64,000 nucleotides of DNA from Ascidiella aspersa. Taxonomy: Eukaryota. A program made the translations under genes and the position numbers. Positions 36,990-50,600 of the stretch are shown in pieces. The notes beneath the pieces were generated by a model. The model was given only the letters and a program-made list of their open reading frames with translations. It had not been told where the DNA came from and made no database searches. Where the stretch lies: positions 32,984,001 to 33,048,000 of the forward strand of contig OZ004607.1 of assembly GCA_963924565.1 (NCBI GenBank), written 5' to 3'. Each line of letters begins with the position of its first letter. Position 1 is the stretch's first letter.

Positions 36990-37224
36990 AGAAATGTGCT
37001 CATTTCAGCAGGATGACGCCGCCAGCTTTAAGCACAACACTCTGTGCAATGTGAAGCGCAAAGACCGCTGTATTTCCATGTGGGGCCGGGTCTTTACCGA
37101 CAAAAAGTTCATCGGACCCAACACTGAGCAGGTTTTTTTTTTTTCAAGAGTGAAAAGATTTGCTGAAGAGTATTTCAACATAACCTTGGACTTTGATGCG
37201 GTTGTTCAAGATCTTCATATCTAG
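36990..37224 (+). pseudogene. Inverted, degenerate fragment of a NAT terminal exon
   Basis: CSFQQDDAASF-KHNTLC...MWGRVFTDKKFIGPNTEQV...LDFDAVVQDL closely matches 61618-61880 (-). It has a one-codon deletion, a poly-T-associated deletion with frameshifts, and no upstream exons. Confidence 0.85.
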
Positions 37225-37895
37225 GATAAACCTGTACAGGTTTGGTAACCACCTACATTATGGCTTTCGTCATTGCAATGCAATTGCCTATGTCAATAAC
37301 AAGGATTATTTGGCAAATATATAGGCTACCTCACGTTTAAGCTGTGGTTTAAATAGTATCGTTATAACTTGAAGAATAAAAAGACACAACAAAAGATAAA
37401 TCAAGACTTACGACATTAAGTTAATAAAACTTAAACGTATACTTTTTCGAGACAACGAACTAAATGACTGAACAAACTAATATCACGGATAAAAACGCGC
37501 CATAAGGTGGAAGTAAAATAGAAGGGAAAATCATAAAGAAAATTAAAACTAAATAAGCTAAAACAGCGAACGAAATGCTGCCTTTGTTCATCATGAGATA
37601 TGACCTAAATAGCCGTTTCTCTATATTGAGTAGCGTATTGTTTAAAAACTCTTCCCCACTGGCCTAATTTCTTTATAATAATTATAATAAACAGATAAGT
37701 CATGTCCCATTCAAGTTATTGCCATTGCAAGTCAATCGGAACTCATTGGTTTTAATGATTATAGCACTGAAACTGTGTGTCAATATATTTGTAAGGCTCT
37801 ATTTACCTTTCGTACTTTTATTTAGTTACGGAATTGCAAAACAACATACTAAGCAAAAGTAAATTTTCCATTATATTTGCACCGTTGTTTCTTCC

Positions 37896-40800
37896 TCACA
37901 TATCAGATCCAAGTATTTTTATATCTCTGCAGGTCACCTTAACTTCAAAATCTACTTCCAGACCAAAATACTTTTTCAAGAGATTCCTTAGTTCCTCTTG
38001 TGTTTTTGCTTTCTCGACTAATACCGTTTCCTCTGTCAAAGGGTCGATAAATATCTGAAACAAACGTGCAAAAAGTAAAAAGCATTTTAAATTCCCTAAA
38101 ATTTATGGTTGATCAAGGATCCTAAATATTACTAGCTCTTATTTCCTTTGTGAGTCCCACTTCGGATAGGATCTCTCTACCTACAGTATCTTAGGTTAAG
38201 GTAAATGAATCTGAAGAGTTAGGTATTATATTAACTTCCAATTTTGTACGACATCTTGTAACTTAACTATCGATAACGAAGTCATAAAGGCCTTCAAAAC
38301 TCAAAATAGATTATGACTTCTATAACACAACGTTTCTTAAGCGACCCGTGGGATGCTAAACTTTTTCCCTATAAATTACATAGAATATTTAAAGCCTTTC
38401 ATAGGTAGAAATATAGAATTTAATGGTCGCAAGCCCAACCTTTTTCCTGACTGTCCATCCTGCCAATGCAAAGTCACCACACCCGTCTTCGGCCACGAGA
38501 GTCACAATGTTGTTGTGCTTGAGGAAGCTTGATTGGTCGTCTTGCTGGAAGTCGCACATCTTCTCAAAGTCGCTCCACTGGCGAGGCAAGATGTCGAATT
38601 TGAAAATCGTCTGCCAAGGATGTTGCTCATCTATGGATTCCTCCTGAGCTTTCACGCTTTCGTGAGAAACTGGGAAGAAATAACCAAGTTTTTCTTCGGA
38701 ACATCTGTTTCTGGAAACACTTTGGTCCAGAAATGAAAGAATAAATTTTGAGCAAAACGCATGAATTTTTTTACAAATGACGTAATGAAGTTATTTTATT
38801 ACAGGACATCTGAAAAACGTAGCCTTCGGTAACTGAAAACCTTTTATCGATACGTTCGGTTTTCCATAAAACGGATTAAACTATAGTTCAACCAGCCAAA
38901 CATTTTTAGCATTTTATTTAAATGAGAAAAGTAAAGTATGACTTCGAGTTAACATAATAGTGCACACATATTGACATCATTAGAAACATCGTGGAGCTTA
39001 AAGCAAATTCAGTTTATTATATCAATAAAAAAAACTCTTCCTTTTTTTTTCTTTCGTTTAAACCTTTCTTTTCTTCATTGGAGCATGATTTTTCTTCATT
39101 GGGTTTGTAGAACTAGTTTGATCTTTTTATGCAGAAACTGATTTTATGTTTCAAAATTATACAAATAATCGTCTCTATTTGGATTAAAATATAATAAATG
39201 GACTCAACTTTGTTTTGCAAAAAAATTAAAAATAACGACGCTGATACAACCGAAAAATTGTCTAATCAACTACAATTTTATAAAATCTTTAATTTTTCTA
39301 TACGCCTAACTACGTGCTTATTTAAACAAATGACACTCAAAGACCCCAATAAAGAAAGAAAAATACATTCATAAAAGTACTGTCAAAGGCCAAAGATTAC
39401 ATAAATTTGCAAATACGCGCTTCATCAATTAGCATTTCATCTCTTCGACGGTCGTTTTTCTTACCGATTTCACCGATTCGTATGTTACGTTTCTTCCTCT
39501 TTTGTACAACGAAGACGTTTTCGCCCACTTTCGACAGTCGATAGATTCCGTTCCTTTGCGACTGTTCGGTATTTTCCTCAAACTTGAGCGGATCTTTGAA
39601 TGACGACCCACCCCAGCCAACATCGACAAACCATTGTGAGCCGTCATTGCACGTTGCCTGTTGAACACACCAAAGATTTATGAAGAATAAACCTATTTTT
39701 TGAAAGTGGACATATTTGTCTAAATTTAAATATAATCAGTGGCACTATATAAAGATTCAATTGTCGTTATATAAGGCCACCTGATAACTACTTTTTTCGA
39801 AATAAATTTTCATTTTTACAGTTTCTTTCGTTAGGAATCAGTCTTTAGAATAAAAAAGCGACGTTTTTTGCTACACACAATGTTCGTGTCTGTAATGTAG
39901 TCTGACAATAAATGTCAAAGCCAAGCATGTAGAGTAGATCGACATCATCTTGATAAACACGTTTTGATACGAACTTGTATCATCTTCAGTTAAATGGATG
40001 ATGACGATTTTCTTCACATTTTTGGCTTCGACATTCATTATTAAGTGACGTTTTTTATTTGTTTCATGTTCGAGCTGAGACAGTATTCCAATGCAATCGT
40101 CATAAAAAACGGACTTGCATTTCTACTTTATTGATGCAGGAAATGTTTTGTTTGTAATCGCCAAAAAAATCATTAATACGCTCCTGTTAGAATATCACTA
40201 TACACGGGACTTCGGTGCGTTATTTCAAGGTGAATTATATAATGGTAAAGGTAAAAATAAATCTATGTCTAGGGAAAAATCTATCAAAATTTTTAGGCGC
40301 AACGAGTTATTACACCTTTATGTAGTATCTTCTTAAATAGTATTTGTAATGTGTAACTGTATGAGCATACCGGCAATACCGGCATACATTGTCAGCTAAA
40401 TGCGTCTAGCAGTATTGAGAAAAGCACTGATTGCGCCACACTCCGAAAACAGACACGCATTTCGGTATTGAAGTGGGTCTACTAATGACATTAAGCTGGT
40501 AATTTTTAAATTAATGCGCCGTTTGTCAAGCTTCGTCATTTAACAGTGTTGTAATGACTTAAGTCAATGACTTGACTTAAGTGCACTTAAGTCACTGTTT
40601 TTAAATGACTTGACTTGACTTAAGTGCACTTAAGTCACTGTTTTTAAATGACTTGACTTGACTTAAGTATTTTGGGCAAATGACTTGACTTGACTTAAGT
40701 CATTTGGACAAATGACTTGGGTTAAAATAAATCTTTTTAATTAAGCAATTATTTATAAAATTGCGTTATTTATCCCAATCTTTGCACATAAAAGAATTTG

Positions 40801-43097
40801 CTTTTGGTATGCTGCTTTTGTGTTATTTTTTACTTGAGTTGCTCACAATAATCGGAGGAGTTTGCCGGTTTTCATAATTTAAAGTTTTATTTTTTTGACA
40901 AGGGCTGGACTTGAAGTTGACTTGCTCTAATTATGACTTTACTTGGGCAACCGATGACTTGGACTGGGACTTGTATTGTTATTTATTCAAAAAGACTTGA
41001 CTTGGACTTAAGTTATTTTACGAATGACTTGACTGGGACTTAAGTTATTTCAAAATGACACTGTCGATTAATTAGCCACATCTGAACGACGTCTCCAACG
41101 AGTTAATTTTCGCAAAGCTAACAACGCTGCTTGTCTTGCTTGCTCTATGAACATTTAAGAGTTTATCATCAGCTGGCAATGTTGTTACATTGTAATATAA
41201 TTATTGCTCTCATTGATTACTTAACGACATTTCCGAATGACGTCCACGTTAATGCTATACCTGTAAAGCAGCTGAGATCATTTAACTATCTTTTGTCAAA
41301 CAGTAATAATAGTTCGAAACGTTCAAAATGATATTTACTTCTGTATGGACTTTCATATTTTTAAAGTAATAATAATCAATGGGGAAATAACACCCTATCA
41401 TTGAGGCAAAATTGGGCACATTTTAACCAAATGTGTACATTGCGCGTACATGCACCAATTGTGCACTATATGTGCACCGTATGTGTAACGAATTTGCACA
41501 TCGCGCGAATGTGCATTTCTACTTAATGTTGCAACAACCTTACGTGCTTGTGCCAAGTTAAAAAGTTAGGCCTGTTGCACGGATTCTTAGAAATCTTTAG
41601 TGTGAATCGTTCCTACTACACTACTACCAATATGTCCATTTCGGGAATATTAGCCTACACGCTACAGAAATGTTGAGATACTGTTCTGTAGGGTGTCAAC
41701 TTGTGAAATCGCAGTACGAAACTGCGTGGACTTATGAGTAGCAAAATATGGAGCAAACCAAGCTGCTTTTTTAACCAAATAAACGTATGCCAATGATTTG
41801 GTGACACTGACAGGGTGTCAATAAAACGTCACGCCTCCTCCTTTAATTTCAACTTTACGCTCTAAAATCTTTCAAGTAACAATAAACGTTTTTGTTTGGG
41901 TAGCTCAGAGCGCTGGTCTATAGAATCCTACCACAGCGTTTAAACAATTATTATTAAAGCAACGCGCAATATTTAGGTTAGGGTGTCAGTTAGTGTTTTG
42001 GTGAGGGTGGGTCAAGCATTATTATTTAAAACTGCTGCTTAACCTACCCAAACCCAAACGCTAACCAGCACCCCAACCCAAATAATGTCCGTTGTGGTAG
42101 GATTCTAGACAACCCCGAGCTCAGTAGTCAGATACTTTAAACAGCGCTGTTAAATACACAATTTTGTACCTATAGCTATGGACTTTGGTATAGGTTGTGT
42201 TTTGGACCCAGATACCTTCTATTAGCCCAGTGGTTCAAGCGTTTTCTTGCCTCGGACAACCATGGCTTTTTTTCTTTTGCTGCTTAATACCTGATTTCAA
42301 AAGTCCCAATTTCACTCCCAATTCCTTATTTTTTTCATATATTTTTCTAAAAAAGACGGGTTTACATACTCACGGCAGAAGTTTTATATAGGTCGATTTA
42401 GTGTGGAAAATAGAGCACATAACTTATGGCAGCCGCGAAAATATTATTCTTGTGTTCATTTTCCTATACAACAAGACAAAAAAGCAGCTACCACCGGAAC
42501 ACCGGAACAGCCTTTGCATGTTACGCAGCAAAAGAAAAAGCGATGGTTGTTCTAGGCGCGAAAACGTTTGAACCACTCGCTGAATAAAAGTAAACATCAC
42601 CGACCAAAGTCCATAGGTAGGTCAAAAACTGTGTATTTAACAGCGCTGTTTCAAGGCGTATTTTATTTTGTAAAGCATACCTTGGTGGTCCGTGTAGCAC
42701 AGGTTAAAAAGCACTGTATTGGGCAAATGCTTTAACATAAATGTTTTAAAACGTTATTAATACCAACCAGCATCGTCATGTGATCGAGCTCTGGGCTGAA
42801 ACAATCCAGCTGTTTCACATAAGCCTGAGCTTGGCATATTCTCAATTCGAATCCAAACTTTTCCAGCAACCAGTGGAACAAGCCGTTTAGCTCGTAGCAA
42901 AATCCGCCGCGCTTGTTCAAAACGATATCGCGATAAACCTTCTGCAAATCCAGTCGTTTTCTTTCGCCGCCGAACATGTCAATGGTTTCAAACGGAACTG
43001 TCCTTGATTGACATTCGCACAATTTTGCTAAAGTTGAAGGACTAGTGTCTCTAGGCCCACTGTAGCCGATTCTTTTCAGATAACTGTCGAGATCCAT
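37896..43097 (-). CDS. NAT: Arylamine N-acetyltransferase, copy C (complete, 4 exons, 303 aa)
   Basis: Exons 43097-42768, 39657-39465, 38669-38440, 38054-37896 (TGA); 912 nt in frame. Motifs PFET, RGGFCYELN, DH, VDVGWG, and C-terminal EELRNLLKKYFGL. Confidence 0.92.
40544..41063. mobile_element. hAT-type MITE (gacttgacttaagtc family) in NAT-C intron 1
   Basis: cagtgt...acactg ends with internal gactt repeats. Absent from copy A (~1525). Confidence 0.75.
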
Positions 43098-43876
43098 TGC
43101 ACCAATGTTGTGTAGCTAAAGTACCTTGCTAAGGTCTCAAGCAATTGCTGTTTCGTAACTTTCTTTGAGTGGAACAACAAGCCAATGCGAGTTTAAACCG
43201 AAGTACAAAAGAGGTTCAGTGTGGTGGAGAGAAGAAGGCAATCATATTTGTGCGGACCAAAGGACTGCAAATCCGCCTAATAAGAAGGTGTTGTCTGCAG
43301 TTTAATGTCATTGCATCGTTGCAACTTGTAACCGTTTTGACTTGGTTGAACCAAACCTAATTAATGCCTCGCGTATAATGCTTTTTAACTAATTAATAGG
43401 CTTTTATCGATTGCATTGTTTGAAGCTTGACGTCGCTAAGCAAACTTGTACATAGGCATTGGTAAACAAACTAGCAGGTCCTTGTATAAGTATGCACGGT
43501 AAACAGCCATTTAATTGAATTTTAACCAAAAAGTTCATAAAATAACCTATAGCATTCAAAAGCTTCGGCCAACCAATATGTCACCCCAAGCCTTCCCCGT
43601 TGAGCAGCAAGCACTCAGTGCCTTGTTGGGAAAAGTATGTATGAGTCTTGTTGCCGATGCGCTTGTCACTGGTCAAATTACCCTTTATTCACACAATACT
43701 GGCCCGAAAATATCAGTTCGGCGTGACCGACGAAATCCGACAGACCGTGAATTTCTGGAGAGACAGCATTGTCCTCGCCGTACACGGCGTACAGTTGTAT
43801 AGGTTTGTACAGAAGCTATAGCCTACTGGCGCACCAAAAGTAGCAATATCGTTGCCGCCCTTTGCAACCAGCTGCC

Positions 43877-45394
43877 ATGTTTAGTAAGTCGACCCTGATT
43901 GCATTGATTTTGGTGAGCTGTGCGTTTTGTGCGGTGGAGTGCGGATTGTTCTCGGGCATTGGCAAGGCTTTGAAGAGGGTGGTTAGAGAAGTGGCAAAAG
44001 CACCGAAAGTTGTGGTTAAAGCTGCTGAAAAAGTTGTGCGCGAAGCGGCTAAAGCACCTAAGGAAGTGGTTAAAACTGCTGAAAAAGTTGTGCGCGAAGC
44101 GGCTAAGGCACCTAAGGAAGTGGTTAAAACTGCTGAAAAAGTTGTGCGCGAAGCGGCTAAGGCACCTAAGGAAGTGGTTAAAACTGCTGAAAAAGTTGTG
44201 CGCGAAGCGGCTAAGGCACCTAAGGAAGTGGTTAAAACAGCTGAAAAGGTAGTTCGAGAGGCTGCTAAGCTACCTGAAGAACTGGTTAAAGTTGTTGCCA
44301 AGACAATTCGACAGGTACCGAAAGCCATCGACAAAACAGTTCGAGAAATCGAGCGAATTGAAAAGCAACTGGACCGAGCAGTGGACGAGGTTATCAAACT
44401 ACCGATGAAAATTGTCGAAGTTGCAGATCAGATAATTCCGATACCAGGCGAAATCAAGAAGTTGGCGCGCGAAGTGGTTAGAGTAGAAGAACAAGTAAAA
44501 AACTTGGGCCAGAAAGTACTGAGCATTCCAGACAGGATTGTGGAGGTTGTAAAGGACATTGTCCCGCTGCCAGAAGAAATCAAATCGTTGGCTGTGAAAG
44601 TATTCAAAATCTACAAAGTGATTCAGATGATCGATACTGGCTTCGGCGAGTTGGGAACCAACCTTGAAGCATTCGGGCAGCAGCTGAAACATTTACCGGA
44701 AAACTACGTGGAAGCGGTGGGCGAAAGACTGGCCAACATTCCGAATGTTTTCGAGGTGGCTGCCAAGGATTTATTGGATGTCCCGAACAGATTCAAGCAA
44801 GTCGGATCCGACCTGAGGAGCATCGAAAAAGGCGTGCGCAAAGTAAAAGCCGAGATGCTTAAACTAGCCGGAAAGCTTAGCGAAAACGGAGACGAGCTCG
44901 GAAAGTTGCCGGAGCAGTTTTCTGGCGTTTTCGACGAGATGGACAGCGTCAAGCGTCACGTGACCCAGCTGGAGAACGACATCTCCTCTGTTCCAGAGGC
45001 GCTAAAACTGAGCATCCGAAAATCCTCCTCCAGCCTCGAGAGTGCCTTAAAAGGAGTCCTCCGGCTTCCCGAGGACGCGCAAAAGTCCATGGATGATTTG
45101 TTGGAAGTCAAGAGGAAAGTTGAGGAGATTGCGGGTGAAGTTTCTAGCCTTGAGGATGACGTCATTGAGGCGTTGGATGAGATCAGGGACTTACCCGCCA
45201 AGAAAGTCAAGGCCGCCGTCGAAGAAATTTCTGGAATGTCCAAGGAAATCGAAACTTCAGCGCGCGAGATCGGGGAATTCCCTGAACGAGTGAAAGAGGT
45301 GGTTGAGGAAATCGCGGATTTTCCTGAAAAAATAAATCAAGCTGTTGAAGAAATATTTGAAGCCCCCAAAACAGATACAAAGGATGAACTATAA
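43877..45394 (+). CDS. KDEL amphipathic-repeat protein, copy C (505 aa)
   Basis: Paralog with five KAPKEVVKTAEKVVREAA-type repeats (43997-44266). Signal peptide and KDEL intact. Confidence 0.92.
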   Translation: MFSKSTLIALILVSCAFCAVECGLFSGIGKALKRVVREVAKAPKVVVKAAEKVVREAAKAPKEVVKTAEKVVREAAKAPKEVVKTAEKVVREAAKAPKEVVKTAEKVVREAAKAPKEVVKTAEKVVREAAKLPEELVKVVAKTIRQVPKAIDKTVREIERIEKQLDRAVDEVIKLPMKIVEVADQIIPIPGEIKKLAREVVRVEEQVKNLGQKVLSIPDRIVEVVKDIVPLPEEIKSLAVKVFKIYKVIQMIDTGFGELGTNLEAFGQQLKHLPENYVEAVGERLANIPNVFEVAAKDLLDVPNRFKQVGSDLRSIEKGVRKVKAEMLKLAGKLSENGDELGKLPEQFSGVFDEMDSVKRHVTQLENDISSVPEALKLSIRKSSSSLESALKGVLRLPEDAQKSMDDLLEVKRKVEEIAGEVSSLEDDVIEALDEIRDLPAKKVKAAVEEISGMSKEIETSAREIGEFPERVKEVVEEIADFPEKINQAVEEIFEAPKTDTKDEL

Positions 45395-47640
45395 ATTCAA
45401 AAAAGCATTTTCTTATGGATTTTGGCTTTCTTCGATGTTGAAAATAAAGTAATTGAAACGTTTAAAAATGCTACCTAATACTTACGTTTGGGCGTGGATG
45501 TTCATTCTACTTTCTTATACACTTCGCTCAGCCGAGTAGCGATTACCAAACAAAGCTATAAGATGACTATGTCTTAAAAAAGAGAAAAGTGTTGCTTTAT
45601 AAAAATGGTAAAGTTTTTTTTAATTTTAAAAACTATAAATTACAAATTATTAATTTGGGCGATATTTATCAAACAAACAAAACAATAAGGTATTAATATT
45701 TGCAGAATAATTATAAGAAAAATTCGAACAAATTTGTCACGGTCGTCGTGGCTTAACAATGAGACAAGCTTAAAAAAAAATTGATGAAATTAAAATGTTT
45801 AAATGGAATTTTCACTAAATTAAAAAGACAGAAGTTAACTAAGCGTTAAGGAACACAGTGGCCTGAATTTCATAATTGGCTTATATTCTCAAAAGTTTGG
45901 CTTTCAAAATCGAATTGGCTGCATTGGATCGCAAACAATGGCTAAAATGCTTCTAACTTGCTTTCTCTAAAGGTCATTAAGGCGCAATTCGTAACTTGGG
46001 TTGTTAATTCACAATTTTACAGTAGTTTTCCTTTCAAGCTAGAAAACGTTGAGTTTCGTAGATAAAAATTCTATCATAAGTAAAAAGGCTAAATCATAAT
46101 CATTAGCAAAAAGGCTAAATTAGTAGGTATTGGATCGGCATCAAAATAAACCTAGTATCGGACGAGTACGGATACTTTCACATTTGGTTCTCTCTCATTG
46201 AACATCATGAAACGCAGTTTGAGTGATTGATCAAAGCGAGCGACTGAAAAATGCGTGATTTCACTTAACGAGGAAAGCTTTAGGCTATAGTTATTTCCTG
46301 TGACGACGCTTTTTCCAATAAACTTTATTCAAACGTACCTAAGGCCGTTTCGTTTTGTGGAATTCTGTTGACATTTTTTGTAGGCGTTGATCCCACACTA
46401 AACTGATAGAGCCATTTTAGTCATGGTTTGCGATCAAAGGCTGCTTTTCTACCTACATTATTAATTTCCTCAGACCAAAATAAATGAAACGAAGGTCTAT
46501 ATTTAAACTTTCCAACGCTTAAGCAAACCTTGCCTTAATAACCTGGCAAAAATATCTAAGCTTATCAAGTTTGAATTATTTTGCTTAGTGGGCCATAGTA
46601 ATACCTTATTGTGGAATCGGATCAAATTTGAATAAGGGCGGATCCGGGGTTTGTGTTTTAAGACGGCATCAAAATTACATCTAAACGTGATTTCACAAAA
46701 TATCAATAATCGTCGAAACTTGACGTTAAAAAGTAACGGCAACGAAGTATCATCAAAACGTCAAGTCTCAAGTCATTTGCAAAAATAACTGAAGTCCAGT
46801 TTAAGTTATCTTCGATCAAGTCAAGTCTCCGTCTAAGTCATTAGTTACTCAAATTAGGATACACCCCAAGTCATTAGTTACCAAGTCAAGCACAAAGCAT
46901 TGTCCGAGCAAATGAAGTACAAGTCGAGCATTTTAGTCAAAATAAAATATTGAATTATGGCCAACTTGAAATTGTGGTCCTTTGTCTCTTTGTCTCTGGG
47001 CTATATATTTATAAGCAAACAACAGAAAGGTAACATATTTCGGCAAACTCTTTTACAAAAATAATTTTTTGTGAAACACCAAACAAAAACTTATTTTATG
47101 AAAACGGCAAAAATGACGTCGACTAATGTCATTTTACCCTAAAGACTTAAAACAATGATTTAGGTGTACTTCATTACAATACCGATTTTGATGGTAGTGG
47201 AGCTTACTTTGAAGCACAGGATATTTTGCAACATAAGCTTAGATTTTACGAAAACTGCGCTAGTAGCAGCTATATATTTCCATGGAACTTGTATTTAGCA
47301 ATATGGTAAAATGCTATACTCAGACACTGCATTACTAAATTACTGGAATGTCTTACTCACATGTTTTTGTTTGCATCGTCGTCAGTGTAATGAATGACTA
47401 CTTCACCTCAGGCTAAACGGAAATATTTTAAAAACGGGCTCTACTACATCTAGACGTAGAAGAAAAAGCAAAGCGTTACGAAATTAGAAAATCTTCTGTG
47501 AACGTTCCAAGTAATTTTTTCGAGGCGCTTAAGACAGTGTGGGCCTGCGTGAGGTTCGACAAGTTAAACTTAAGTTAAATTTGAGTTTACAGCGTTGGTT
47601 TTAGTGTTTTACTGCATGTGACAACTTTGACAGAGCAAGC

Positions 47641-50600
47641 ATGGTCGACCAAAAAGCTGTAGTCGGTTTATCGCTGTTTCTTTTGACAATCAGCGTCCTA
47701 CCAACGTTTTCCTTTGCCACTAACCAACAAGATTCAGGTTTGTAAATGTATTTTTTGGGGGCTAATTGCTGTTTGTTTTGGAATAATTTTAACAATGTTT
47801 GTTAAATGAGTCATTTTAAAAATTACCTTAGCCGTATTTAAATAATTTTTGTTATAACAAGTACTTTAGGTCACGTCTTTCTAAAAAAGACAAGTCAAGT
47901 TAAAATTTGAAGTCTTGTCTTATCCAAGTTCAAGTCCCAGGCCAAGTCATTTTCAAGTGCAGTTTTTAGGTATTACATGACTGAAGGTCAATGGCTTGAC
48001 TGAAGCGCAAAGTCGCTATTTTCAAATGAATTGACTTGACTTAAGTCTTTTAATCAAAATGACTTGACTTAATATAGTTTTTTTTCCACAAAAGACAAAT
48101 GACTATTCTTTGGACTTTTTGTCAATTATCTTGGATTAAAAGTAAATGTTTTAGTTTATAGTTTTCAATAACTGCGTCTTATTTATCTCAATTTGTGCAC
48201 TTTAAGCAATTTTCTTGCTGTAAATTACGTTTATGCTATTTTTAGGTGTGTTATTGCTCATGATCGGACGGCTTGTAACTTGACTTGGACCTCAGTTATT
48301 TTTTTAAATTACTCGACTGGGACATAAGTCTATTTAAAATGACTTGTTTACAACACTTCAGTTTTCCTTGGAAAAGAGCAAGCATCGACATTTCTCAAAA
48401 GAAGTAGGCCTAAGCGCTTTTGGGACACCTTAGTAAACAGTGGATCCGAGATTTTAGCTGAATCCATGTTTAAAGAGGAATGCTTAATGGAAGTATGCAC
48501 ACAAGGGGAAATCGCAAATATGTGGAGTTCAACTACGAAACAGGTAAGTTCAAGACATATTATTACATCTTAACCAAATGGGTTTAAATCAGTGCTACAG
48601 AGTCGTTTAAAAATAACCCGAGTCCGACTCCGAATTAAAAATACTGTAATGGGTTTATTGGATATTTCACATGTTGTAATGACTTAAGTCACTGCTTTTA
48701 AATTAAATAACTTGACTTAGATCTTTCAGGCAAAACAACTTGACTTGACGTAAGTCATTTGGACAAATTATTCACTTGACTTAGCCTTTTAAACAAAATA
48801 TACTTGGGTTGAAAAGAAGTATTTTCATCAAGCATTTTTTTATGAAATTTGGTTATTTAGGTTGGTTTTTCACATAAAATAGATCGATTGGTATATGCTG
48901 TGTTTTTCTTATTTTTTAAGAGTTGTTACCCATAAGAACGAGTCTATCATTATTATTAGTTTAATATTTATGACAAGGACTAGACTATCTTGGCCCAAAG
49001 GCATATTGTTGTTTACTATACCGCGTGAAAGTTTATTCAATGTTGGTTTGTTTTTAGACTGAGATGTGGAATTCCCTTCACAGTAAGTATACATTGCATG
49101 TTTCCTACATTACTGCCAAAATGTATTTATAAAACAAAAACGTAGTTGCCCCAACTCAGGGGTCTGTAAGCTTGATTTTTTTCAACGGGGTGCATGGCTG
49201 AAAAGACTTGTAAATCACTGATCTAAGGTAATCTTTTGTTTTCAACAGACCACTGCACCCGCCTTCGTCCTTGCAGTTCAACGGGAACGAGTTCTTGCAC
49301 CAACAAATTTAACGGTTATACTTGTTACTGCAACGCAGGTTATACTGGAACAACTTGCACTGGAGGTAACTGGAAATTGAGAAAAAAGATTTAATCTTTT
49401 CTAATGTAGGATATATTTGAAAAAGTTTAAAAATAACCAAATTTATTTTAATTGCACTCAGCCCTATAAAAATGGCTATAAACAAAAAGATTCTAATTGT
49501 ACATTGAGTGAGTATAAAACCTAGAAACTAGTGAATAAGATATTGACAATGTGGTTAACCGCTTGAAATACTTTACGCTTGAACGTTTTTATTTTATCAT
49601 GTATGCTTTTTATTGCCCTGATAATGCTTTGATTTGGCATTAGTTAGAATTGACGGTATGTACTTAAAAAAAAGGATATCGATATAGGAACAGTATACGA
49701 AGTATGGGACATTCCTATTCGAAATGATATGTTACGTAAAAAAGACATTTCATTAGGAAAACTACCCGTTATTGTACAGTGTGGATCATTAAACCTCAAG
49801 TCTGATCTTACTGTTTAAATTTTGTAAACAGCTTTAATTTTAATGCTAATCTAAATTAGAAACCGCCAGGTGTGATCGTAATGTATGAATTTTGTGAAAG
49901 GTTCTATATTTACTTCTAGTCTAAATTAGAAACCTCCAGATCTGATCATACTAAACGATTTTTGTCAATCGCTTTAATTTTAATAATATAATTTAAAAAT
50001 CCCCAAGTTGGGTCGTACTGTATGGATGTTATTACCGTGTAGATGTGAACGAGTGTTCAACGGTGAGTTGTGGGAATGGAAGGTGTGTGAACACTCATGG
50101 CTCATATTACTGCTCGTGCAACAGTGGTTGGACAGGAACTACATGTCGAAACGGTAAGGGCATCTCTGTAGGACTATTTTCTTAATCCTTCTACCTTAAC
50201 TGCTGAGCTCTAACAATGTGCTTCCATGCCAAAATTGTCTACGAATAGATTTTGGGGTACATCGGTATTTGTTTGTTTGCTTGTAGGTTTGCACTGTTAC
50301 ATTATCTTTAAAATCGTGTATGTTCAATATCATAAGCTAAACAATAAATTAAAAAGTAAATCTTTAATTTGATACGATTTCAAATTATAAAAACACAAAG
50401 CACAATACATGGCTAACAAAACATGTACCCTAAGTCGGCAACATATCACACTGTTCTATAAATTGAACTATCCAGTAATCATAATGACTGAAAACAGCAA
50501 GATAGGGTTTAACACAGACAGGTATGTTAAACGAACGCGTATGTTAAATTTGCGAAGAGCAATCTTAATCTTGGTAAGTAGGCTACTTCTCAAAACAAAA

